Assembly (NCBI RefSeq): GCF_964194155.1
Contig: NC_135884.1
Span: 144,274,001-144,338,000, forward strand
From: Cetorhinus maximus
Lineage: Eukaryota
Direction: 5' to 3'
DNA: 64,000 nt
Shown here one piece after another: positions 36,857 to 47,705 of this stretch. The notes beneath the pieces were generated by a model that saw only the letters and a program-made list of their open reading frames with translations, did no database searches and was not told where the DNA came from. Every line of letters starts with the position of its first letter. Position 1 is the stretch's first letter. Both the position numbers and the translations under genes were made by a program.

Positions 36857-36970
36857 GGGAGGTAATTTTCACCTTCACTGCCTGGGCAGTAACTTGGCAG
36901 AGCGAGTCACTTGCCCATCGTCGAACCTGCTCAGTTTTATCCAGGCAGTGATGGTGAAAATCACCCCCCC
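36857..36970. mobile_element. Tiny MITE (~110 bp) with 25-bp inverted arms
   Basis: ggtaattttcaccttcactgcctgg (36861-36885) versus ccaggcagtgatggtgaaaatcacc (36941-36965), 23/25 complementary. Confidence 0.75.
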
Positions 36971-38437
36971 CTTATGTATACTCACGGCTACATATGAAGC
37001 TCTGTGAAGGGAATATTGTGATCATGGACTTTGTTGAAAAGGAGATAAAGCTTACCAGGATTTCTTCAATATAAAGGTGGGTTTCATTTTGCTCCGTGTA
37101 TTTGAGAAGCAAATGCACTTCTGAGGTTGTGTAAAGAAATCCAATTTTCCTATATACCTCAAACTTAAAATACATTTAAATAATACAATAAGTGGCAACA
37201 TAAAATCCAGTCCTATGACACAACTATTTTCCTCAGAACTAATTTTTCGAGAGCAATGCCTCTAAACTACTAGGCTCTTATTTTGCTGGATGAACCAAAT
37301 GTTTGAAGCCCCATCTTAAAAAAAGCCTTTGTTTGCATTCCTGGCAATTACCTTTTAAAATATCTTAGAAGCTAAGTAATGTGTCCTGTACATCTATTTT
37401 TGCATTGTAGGCACATCTAATTATGTTTTTAAACATATGGGGATAGGCGATATATTTGCATGTAGATGGTTAATAAGCAAAATACATTAATCTTCTCGCT
37501 TCTCTTTAAATGGCAAGTATGTACTTGGACTTCTTGATAAGATCAGGTTTAAATATGAATGTAAGAGCTGTTTTATGCTGCGAGGCAAGATAACCTTGCA
37601 TGATGAAGCTCCACAAGTCCTGAAGGCTTATAAAAATTGGCACTATGAAAGTATGATCAGGTCAATGGATCAGACAGATGGGGGTAGGGGAGGGGAAAAC
37701 TAATTTTGCTGCAGTTAATGGCGAGGAAACAAAGGCAGAGAAAGGACTTCTTACAGCAGCAAAGCACCAAGGCATCCCGAAGTCACGCATCATTTAGTGT
37801 TACGCTAACACTCCTCAAGAGCTGTGAAACCATTACAGTAATGCGAAAACTGGCATGAATAAACTCCCTCTTGGTCACTGGAAGGGCAAACAAGGTGTGA
37901 TTTTATCCTGGTTTTCTGTCATGCTGTACATGCTGGGTGTTTGCAGCTCCTGGCTGCTTATATCTGCTGGGAATTAGTCTCAAAGATTTGCTTGCCCTTA
38001 ACAACAGAACTTCACTGGGCTGCTGATACTGTGACATTGTATTCAAAGAAGACCAGGTTTTTTCTTTAAATGAAAGGAAAGCTTCATCCTGTTCAACACT
38101 TCCTTTGAGTATTTTAGCCAGTGATTTTTTTTAGGTTAAGTACAGAGAGGACTTCGAAAGCTATTTTAAACAGGAGATGCCGCTGTTCAGTTGAAATTCA
38201 AAGAAACTACTTAAGAATGCAGTACATATTTCCCTTTTCTTCTTCAATTTCTCTCCTGAAGATACCCACTTAGGCTAGTTCAATGTGCTTCATTCATCCT
38301 TCGCCCCTAAGGAGCCACTTTTCATGTGTGAGACTAGATGGTGAGATTTGGCAGAACATTAAAATGTGTGGGGTATCACAGCTAACATCCGTCCTGCCCT
38401 TAATTGACATCCACTTGTACAGTCGTTGAATATTCGT

Positions 38438-39370
38438 AGTCATAATGGCAGTGAAGGAGGCCATTCGGGCCATCAAGTCCATGCCAGCTCTTTGTAGAGT
38501 AATCCAGTCAGCCCCATTACCCCACTCTATCTCCATAGCCCAGCATGTTTATTTCCCTCAAGTCCCTGTCCAATTTTCTTTTGAGATTCTTGATCGTCTT
38601 CTCTTCCACCACCTTTCCAGGCAGCAAGTTCCAAGTCATTACCACTAGCTGTGTAAAAATGCTCTTCCTCACAGCCTCCTGAATCTCTTACCCAAAACCT
38701 TAAATCTGTGTCCCCCTAATCCTTGTAACATCAGCTAATCGGAACAGCTTTTCTTTGTCTACCTTACATAAATCTGGCATAACCTTGTACACCTCTATCA
38801 AATCTCCTCTCAATCTCCTTTGCTCAAAGGAGAACAACCCCAGACTCTCCAGCCTAACCTTGTAGCTAAATTTCTTCATCCCTGGAACCATTCTTGTAAA
38901 TCTCCTCTGCACCTTCTCGAGGGCCCTTGCATCCTTCCTAAAGTATGGTGACCACAGTTGGATGCAATACTCTAGTTGTAGCCTAACCAGAGCTTTATAA
39001 AGGTTCTTCGTAACTTCCCTGTTTTTGTATTCAATACCTCTCTTTATGAAGCTCAAGATTCCACATGCTTTGCTACTATTCTCTCAATGTGTCCTGCCAA
39101 GATCTATGTGCATGAAATCCCAGGTTTCTCTGTTCCTGCACACTCCTTAGCACTCTGCTATTAAATCTACATTGCCTCTCCCTATACCGTCTGCCAAAAT
39201 AGGTCACTGCACACTTCTCTGTATTAGATTTCCATCTGCCATGTGTCTACCCATCTTGCTGGCCTATCTATGTCCTGTTGCAGTCAATTGGTACCATCCT
39301 CATTGTCCACCATACCTCCAAGTTTCATATCATTAGCAAATTTGGGATTTTATTCTGCATTCCAATAACA
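38438..39370 (-). mobile_element. CR1 LINE 3' fragment
   Basis: ORF 38700..39056(-) LYKALVRLQLEYCIQLWSPYFRKD...EQRRLRGDLIEVYK. Confidence 0.92.
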
Positions 39371-39565
39371 GAGCAGGACTTATTGCAAAATTTTGCAAAC
39401 TTTAGCCACTGAAGCTAATTGCACTGCCCTTTCTGCCAGCCTGGCTGAGATGAGCAGATAAAGTTACATCTTTATCTTATGCAGGATAATACTAGATATA
39501 CATTTAGAGGTGCACAAATATTGGCACACGCAAAGTGCTAACCCTCTGAAATGCATGTACAATCA

Positions 39566-42270
39566 CAACAACAGCTACTTGCATTTATATTGCATTTTAA
39601 CCCCATGGCTCTTCATCAAGGTATAATCACACAAAAATGGACTCAAAACCGATGAAGTAGATATGAGGTGGGGTAACCAAAAGCTTAGTCGAAGGTATCG
39701 GTTTTAAAAGAGGAGAAAAAAGAAGAAGCAGTTTCAGGAGATGATTGCAGAATGTGGGCCTAGATTTCTGAAAGATCGCTACCAACCGTGTGACAAAGAG
39801 CTGCACAAGAGGCCAGAGTTAGAACTGAGGAGTGCTCTTGGTGGGCTTTCTCAGGCTGGAGGATTTACAAAGAAAGGAAAGAGCAAGATCACAAAGGGAC
39901 TTAAACCTGAGGATGAGAATTTTAAACCAGAGGCATCTGGGGGAATGGGTTCAAAAATAGGATAAGCTGATGTTTACAGAGCATGGAGGATGGGAATCTG
40001 CCCAGGACGGCACTGAAGCAGTCATGTTGGGAGCTGACATACAGAAGAATGAGTATTTCAGCAGCAAATTGGTTGAGGCAAGGGCAAAGATGGATGACGT
40101 TATGAAGGTGGAAGTAGGTAGTCTTTGTGATAGTATGGATGTGGGGTTGGAAGCTCTGCTCCAGGCATTATGAATAATTAAATTCAACCTGAGAGAGTGG
40201 GAAGCAGAAGCATGGTACCGATAACAGGGTATGATGTTGGGGCAGGAGCTAAGACACTGTATAACTGGTGAAAATTGCGAATCATCTGTCTGACAGCACA
40301 GAGGCAGCAGAGGAGTTGAATCGGCTGGTGGGCAGGTAGAAATGGTTGCCATCAGCATATAGGTAGTAGCTGACCCAGTGGGCCGAATCGTCCCAGATTT
40401 GCACTGTGCAGTAGTGGGCGGGTAAAACGACGTTTAACCGCCAACCGTGATGACGGGTTTTCACGTTGTATCGTCCCAAACCCGCCGCATTACTTATGCG
40501 TTTCCAGGAAACATGCCGTTTCGATAGCGGACGGGCTGTCATTCACCCGCTACACTATCACCTCGCCACTTCCATCACGCTGGGCACTATATTTAAAGTC
40601 CAGCTGCACGCACACATGTCAGTGGTTCCAGGCCATGACTACTGCAGGAAAGATGTCCACGAAAGGCAAAAAGATGCAGCCCCCACGTTTGATGACAGGT
40701 CACTGGAATGCCAATTGGATGCCGTGGAGGCCCGCCGTGATGCCCCCTACCCACGGCCTGGCCACAGGACTGCAGCGGCATCACCAATCCAGCATGGCAG
40801 GTGGTGGCAGCGGTGGTCAGTACAAATGCTGCAAGGAAGGGGTTGGCCATCCAATGCAGATAGAGGATGAATGATCTCATCCGTGCAGCCAGGGTAAGGC
40901 AACCATCTCATCACTCTAAACTCACACACTCAAGCCCATCACACATTCACTGGTATCTCACTTACTGCCAGCTCAAGGGACATCACCACCCAATCTCACA
41001 CACATACCCTCACATGTCCATCTCGCCTCATCTCCTCTGGAGGCTGCCTCCTCAGCCCTCACCATCTTGAGGCCACTTGCACAGATCAACATGTGCCCCA
41101 CACACACCCTGGGATACCCTCCTTCCCCATCCTACAGCCTCTTCCCTTTCCTGAGGCCACTTCTCCCCCTTCCCCAAACAAGACCTTGCCCTGCAGCCAT
41201 TGAAAAGCCACATACACATGGCTGATCTGGTAGGTAGAGACCTGCCCGTGAGCCCTCCTAAAAGTGATGTGGTGCTGTCTGTGGAGTCTGGCGCTGATGA
41301 CTGCGAGTGCTGACTGAAGCAAGGTAGGCAAACAAACCTTGAAGTCCCGAATGAAGTGCAGCCCACCAGGTGCACGTTGCCTATGTGCTGTTGTGTAACA
41401 CATTGGCGTGTTTTCCTGCTAATGTGGGCGGATGATCCAGTGATGGGGGGAATGAGTCCAACTTACAATGATGTGCTGATGTATTACAATGAAGTTCCTG
41501 ACATCCGATGGCGGGAAACACGGCCCTCCATCGGTGGGCTGAGTGGACAATCGCGAACTGGTTTCACACCACGTGAAACCAATTGCGCCATATTGTCCGA
41601 TCACACCCAATGCCAGCGGGCACGGAAAATCCCAGCCAATGTCTATGGATATGTTACTAGGGGCAGCATTTAGATGAGGAAGGGGCGGTACTGAGCCAAG
41701 GATAGATTCAATGTGAGTGACATAGGGAAGCCATAACCGCAAGTGGTCTGGAGACAGTTTAGTAAGAGTGGAACCATATGATGGCAGTCATACTGAGCTA
41801 TGAAGCAGATGAGAGGCTTTGAAGGATCGTGGTGAGCCATATCAGAGGCTGCTGACAGGTCAAGAATAATGTGGAGGAAAAACATGCCATTATCGTGTAC
41901 ATAATTTGTGACTTGATTAGGGCCCATTTCAGTGTGTGGCAGTAGCAGAAACCTAATGGGGAAAGGTTCAAACATGGAGTTGTCAGAAAGATAGGCATGC
42001 ATTGGGAGATGACAAGTTTTTGAGGAGGCATGTGATGATAGCAGTTTTGAAAAGGATGGTACCTGAGGTGAGGGATCAGTTTACAATGTCAGCTTGCATT
42101 AGAGCCAAGAAAGGAAGTGGGCACTCAATAGTTTACTGAGAATAGAATCAGGGAGCAGGAGGTGGATTCTGCATAAGGTGAGCTTAGAGAGAGCATATGG
42201 GGAGTCGGGAGAGAAACTGAAAGACATGGGCAGGGCTAGGATTAGAAGGAGTCTATGATGTGGTTTGGCT
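39566..42270 (-). mobile_element. Old L2 LINE remnant interrupted by a Harbinger element
   Basis: L2 tail at 39566 (caacagctacttgcatttata), YADG.HFYL at ~40360 and LDLSAASD at ~41860; the RT sequence continues across 40380-41637. Confidence 0.75.
40380..41637 (+). mobile_element. Non-autonomous Harbinger retaining a Myb/SANT exon remnant
   Basis: Ends gggccgaatc and gaaaatcccagcc, flanks agt/aat; AAPTFDDRSLECQLDAVEARRDAPYP...MNDLIRAAR|gtaag at ~40650-40895. Confidence 0.75.
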
Positions 42271-42274
42271 TGTT

Positions 42275-42455
42275 ACATAGAATCCCATAGAATTTACAGC
42301 ACAGAAAGACCATTCAACCCTACTATTCTATGCTGGTTTTTAGTGTTCCATACAAGCTTCCTCCCACTCCATTTACTTAAGCTCACCTGATCAACATTTC
42401 CTTCTATTCCTTTGACCCTCATGTACTTAGCCAGCTTCCTCTGAAATACATCTTT
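42275..42455 (-). mobile_element. CR1 3' UTR fragment
   Basis: catagaat...tacagcacagaaag.ccattca.ccc, similar to 12312-12480. Confidence 0.6.
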
Positions 42456-43536
42456 GGGTAAGGAGAAGTGAAGGAAAAGAGCAGAGGCTCACTCTTGCTG
42501 ACAAAGAAGCCCACGGGCTCCCCTCATTTGTTGGAGGTGACAGAGAGAGAGGGATTTAAGAAGATGGTTGGTAGTGTAGATATCCAGACTGCTCCTGGAG
42601 TAGTGGGTTGTTATGGCCGAGGGGATTGAGCTCCAATAGCACTTGATGTGTTCACTTTCCAAAGCAACATCAACTATGGTTTTTGAAAAAGAAGACACTG
42701 AACTTACATTACAAAAAATATTAAATGGGGAAAAAATGAATTGTGGAGGCATATGAGGTGTTTGTCTTTTGATTTTGAGCTGACTGGGTCCAGACCTATT
42801 CAAGACTATAGGTCCATCTAAAATTCACCCCTGAGCACCAACTGATCAGCACATATTTTTTTAGAAATATTCTTTGAATTAACTTAATATTAACAGATTT
42901 AAAGCTCCACTAAACGTTTTGATTTTTCAATAATTAGTTCATATTGATGTGGTGACAAATACCTTAATTTAATGAAACTGGTCCTCAGGAATATAACTCA
43001 AAAAGCCATTCTACTTGTCGGGGGGTGGGAGTTGCAGAAAGAGGCCCACTTGACAGACACTGTAAACCTTTGTAAATCCTTATAAATTTACTGTAAATCC
43101 TTGTGGCAGCAAAGTGGTCTGAAACTTTGTGTATGGTCTGTGTACAGGTGACTGAACATTGGTGTTAACGCTTTCAGTTCTATGTGCAGTTGGAGACTCC
43201 TTTACAATTCAGTAGCACAAGATGGTGTCAGTAAATATGTATTCACCCAATGTTCCTAAATAAACGTGCCTACGTGGACAAGGAAAAGTTAGAGAAACAG
43301 AGCAAGTCTGTGCCTGTAGTCAGAGAACCCATACCTAATTGTATGTTCCTGCCTCCAGATGCTCTCAGTGTATCACTCAGCAGATATCCCATATGTTCCT
43401 TGGACACTAACAACTTCAACATAGTAAAACTTTCCAAGGTGCTTTACAGGAGTGTTATCGAGCAAAAATTGGCACGTCACACAGGAGTTATAAGAAAGAT
43501 GAACCAAAACCTTGGTCAGAGAGGCAAACCTTATGG

Positions 43537-44365
43537 CAGTGCTTCCCAAATTATTTTCCATTGTGACCCCAATTTAACACTTGAAAATTAACGTGACCCC
43601 AGACACCAGCAAAAACAAAACAGCAATAAAGCAGCATAGTAACATTCAGCATATAAAGTTTCCATTATTATGGATCAACATGTAAATGCAAAATATGCAG
43701 AAATTAACATATGCATCATGTAAAAGTGAAAATCTGAGTTTTTTAGGTATTTCGTAAAAATGTTTTTATGTACTTGTAATTTTCAACCAAGCTCCCCATA
43801 TTTCCTGGTGATAGAAGGCCCAGTGAAGCCCCTCTTGCCCCGCCACTCTCAGCCATTCGCTGAGCAGCCCCTCTTCCCAACACCTCCCCCCCCCACCACC
43901 GCACCCCACCCCTCCGCCACCACAACCTGCCCCTCTCCCTTCACCTCTTTTGGTTGCCGGCGCCCGCAAAGCAGAGTTACTAACCCAGGTTAAAGAGCCT
44001 GTACAGCAGGCAGACAGGAGCAGAAACACGGTAGAGTTTGAAGCCGCTACTCACCTTCCTGACTCAGCTGGTGTTTTTTCCTTGCACTCTGGTCACTCTC
44101 GGTTTCTGCCAGCCTCTAGCCGCGCCAAACCGGCTCACAAACACCCCAGGCCTACTCAAACTCGCTGCTAAAAGCGCTTTATGAAGTTAAAGAGCAATAC
44201 GGACTCACCGTCCACCCCTTGTTATTTGGCGGCGTTGACCCAGTGAGTCCAGGGCTGTCCCGCCAGAGAATCCAGACTGGATTGTCTCCTCTCCACAGTG
44301 CTGGGAAGAGAGCATCTTGTGACCTTAATTGGGACCTCTGACAACCCACAGTTTGGGAATCCCTG
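43537..44365. mobile_element. hAT-type non-autonomous element inserted in an L2 tail
   Basis: Termini cagtgcttcccaaa / tttgggaatccctg; 8-bp flanks ccttatgg / ttctatgg; L2-tail sequence 43410-43535 resumes at ~44375. Confidence 0.7.
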
Positions 44366-45091
44366 TTCTATGGAAAAAGGAGGAGAAAGAGGTAGGGAGG
44401 TTTAAGGCAGGAATTTCAGAGAATAGTACCTAGGCTGCTGAGAGCACGCCAACTATTTGTTGTGGAAGGCAGTAGGAAAAAATTGAATATACTAGCCACA
44501 AAATTCCTTATTAAAAAAAAAGCATTGTTTTTTTTTAAGGAATACTACACCCTGGATGGAGGATTTGTAGTGAGAATGTTCACCATCCAGCATACTGCTA
44601 ATGGTGTTAAACTCTGTCAATATTTTCCCAACTACAGGAAATGTAGAAAAGCAAATAAGTTTTCAAGCAAGCAGCTGTCGGTTTTGGTGGTGAAATTCTG
44701 CTTTCAAAGCCACATTAAACACTTTTTGTCAGCACTGAACAGCAAAAAAACAGATTAACCGATTCATTCATCTCATTGGGGGATCGTATTGTGTTCTCAC
44801 TGACTGGTTTTCTTTCACCACAATAGTCACCACATTTCAGACTAATTCGTCGTACATGAAGTGCTTTCAGAGATCCCTGAGACCTGTGGTTGGACACTCA
44901 CAGGCAAATTCAGCAGGAACCTGACTGGATGTAGGCACAGGTCTGGAGAATCAGGACAACGTTGTTATTACCCTGTCTTTAATTAGCGCTGTAGCCCAGC
45001 TTGGCTCAGCTTCCAGAGCGCAGTCTGATCTCTGCAAGCCTTTTCTTGTGGGGCGAGGTAGGGGATGCTGGCAGGGAGAGAAACCTTGTAC

Positions 45092-45212
45092 CAGAACTGA
45101 GAGGTCAGTAGCCTGAAATGTTAGCTGTTTTCCTACACGGATGCTGCCTGAACTGCTGAGTATTTCCAGCATTTTCTGCTTTTATTGCCAGATGCTGGCA
45201 ATATTTTGCATT
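45092..45212 (+). mobile_element. Old single-arm PLE terminus with decayed hammerhead
   Basis: ctgagaggtcagtagcctgaaatgttagctg...gatgctgcctga.ctgctgagtatttccagcattttctg. Confidence 0.7.
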
Positions 45213-46229
45213 TGCAGTTTTTTTGCATTTGCTCCTGTCAGGTTGACCTGTTTAATGAGTTTGGCTGCTATTTGTGTCTAGTCAGTAACATTTCTAGTCC
45301 CATGTTAAGTTCCCTTAAAGAATAACATGTAAAATATGACTTCAGCTCAACACTGTCTTCAATCTATTTCAGAAAATTCTGTCATTGTAAAAGTGAAATT
45401 CAAATCTCCCTTCAAAGCACTCTGAGTCCTACTGAGGGCTGTCCTTTCAAGCTCAGTGGAAGTGGTTAAAATATTATTAAAAAGCAACCAAGCTCCAATA
45501 ACAGTCATTCCCTTCACTAAATTTCTTACTTGCTCCTTCATTTAATAACTGAATGTTTCAATGTGTTTCATATTCCTCCAGCCCTGGTATTCTGTGTCCC
45601 CCTGGGGTGGTGTCACATCATTTTCCTATTACAAGATTATGAGTAAATTATATAATCAGACATCTAATTCCTGTTTAAAATTCACTCTCTGTTAAGCCTA
45701 GGTCCCAAGTCTTATTGACTCATTATTAAATGAGAATGAAGCTCTAAGAAATTACTTGTACGTAGGAACTGGCTCTACTCTTAGTGGAGGGATAAACAAT
45801 GTTGAACTGTTTCTGATCTAAATAAATAGGAGAAAAGTCCTCATAACCACAGCAACTGAGAAAATAACTGAACTGTCCACCACACAATAAAAGAAATGCT
45901 CCAGACTGCCATGATGAACCGCATGAAGGTCACAGTATTTATGTTTTTCAGCAATCATTATCATCTCAGGAGCAATGACTGGATGTAAAAATTAGCCATA
46001 AAATAACTGGATATACAGTCACCGCCTCAGCTTGGAAGTGAAGGATAGTCACTTGGGTTAGTTAGCAGTGGGTAGCCAGTACCAGTGGAAGTGTACCGCA
46101 AAACGAGTCAGGAGAGGAGGACAGGGAAATGAACAATAAACAAGATTATAATGTGCAGCTTGGACGGGGAAGTGAGTACTCAGCTGGAATTGGATGAATA
46201 AGGTCTGCCTCCCCACACTGGTTTCAGTC

Positions 46230-46630
46230 CATGTATCTTCACTTGGGGAAAGATCCTTGTTTCCAAATCCCTCCATGGCCTTGCCCTTTTCCTATGTGTG
46301 TAACCTCTTCCAGCCTTAGGGCTCTCTCAGATTTCTGCACTCTCCCATTTCTGGACTCTTGCACATCCCCTGTTTTAATTGTTCCACAATTGGCGGCTGA
46401 GATTTTGTTGCCTTGGCCTTAAGCTCTGCAATTCCCTCCATAAAGCACTCCACCCTTCTATATATCTATCTTCTCCTTATAGATGCTCCTTACAGTCTAT
46501 TCTTTGACCAAGCTTTTGGGGTCACCTGTCCTAATATCTCTATGTGTCAAATTTTGACATCGCTTCTGTGCAGCACCTTGGAATATTTTACTACATTAAA
46601 GGTGATATATAAATGCAAGTTGATGTTGTT
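46230..46630 (+). mobile_element. L2-type LINE 3' end
   Basis: ttccaaatccctccatggcc...gaccaagcttttgg..tcacctgtcctaatatc...tatataaatgcaagtt. Confidence 0.8.
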
Positions 46631-46937
46631 GGAAGCATTCTGTGCTCATGCTCTTCTAAAACATAACCAGGTACCACACAGAATCCTTTGATTGACTGGA
46701 CCCACTGGGATCCTCCTGGTCAAATCAATCACAGATGTTGGGGATCTTTCACTGTATTTTTGATTTGCTGGATGTTCAACATTGATAGTCTTGTCCATAT
46801 AGCATCCACATGTTCGTTTTTCATCTTTCTAAAGGATCCATTGGAAAATACCTGTAGTAATCAGAATAAAGAGAAAGACAGTAAGGTGAATGACCATACC
46901 AGAGTGGAAAGCTCACTGCTCATTTAACTTATCAGTA

Positions 46938-47407
46938 CCAGCTTGGTTCTGTCGATAGCACATTTGTCTCATGAGTCAGAAGATTGTAGGTTTAAGCCCC
47001 ACTTCAGAACTTGAGTCTACAATCTAGAATGACTCCTCAGCGCTGTCTGTAACCTCCATTTGTGCTCCATTATCGGAAATGCTATATTTTGTTGGGATGA
47101 GACTATAAATTGTGGGCCACATGGAGGTAAAGGATTGCATGGCACAATTTGAAGAGGAGTTGGAAGTTCTTCTGAAGTTCTGGCTGATACTCTTCTCTGA
47201 GCTAAAAGCTTTACCTCAACCAAGACCACTGTACCAGAACCAAATTAATACACATCATTGATCCCATTTGTTGTTTGTGAGAACTTGCTATTGTAGGTGA
47301 TTCACAGTGTTTAGCCAGATAGCTTCAAAAATAATTTATTGAGTGTGAAACATTTCAGGATATCCTGTGGATGTGGTTAAAATGCTTTATAAATGCAAGT
47401 TCTTTCT
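46938..47407 (+). mobile_element. SacSINE1-like SINE, degraded
   Basis: tRNA-like head gagtcagaagattgtaggtttaagcccc and tail tataaatgcaagttctttc. Confidence 0.8.
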
Positions 47408-47600
47408 TAAATTTATTTTATTTTTCTCCAAAATAAATTAATGTTAAAACAAATGTTTTAATTATATGTCATGGAGAACTTCATGTCTGTGCCTGTGACT
47501 CACTGATTTTCTTCTCCATATCTTTGAAGGAGATGTAATAAGAGGAAAGAAGTAAGGTGCATCTTTAGTGTGATTTGTTTACTTAGCTATTTCTTTAGCA

Positions 47601-47705
47601 AAGAAAGAACTTGCATTTATATAGTGCCTTACATGACCTCAAAGTGTCCTAAAGTGCTTTACAACCAATGAAGTTTAAAGTGTAGCCACTGTTGTAATGT
47701 GGGAA
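47601..47705 (-). mobile_element. SacSINE1-like SINE 3' fragment
   Basis: aagaacttgcatttatatagtgcc...ccaatgaagt. Confidence 0.8.
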
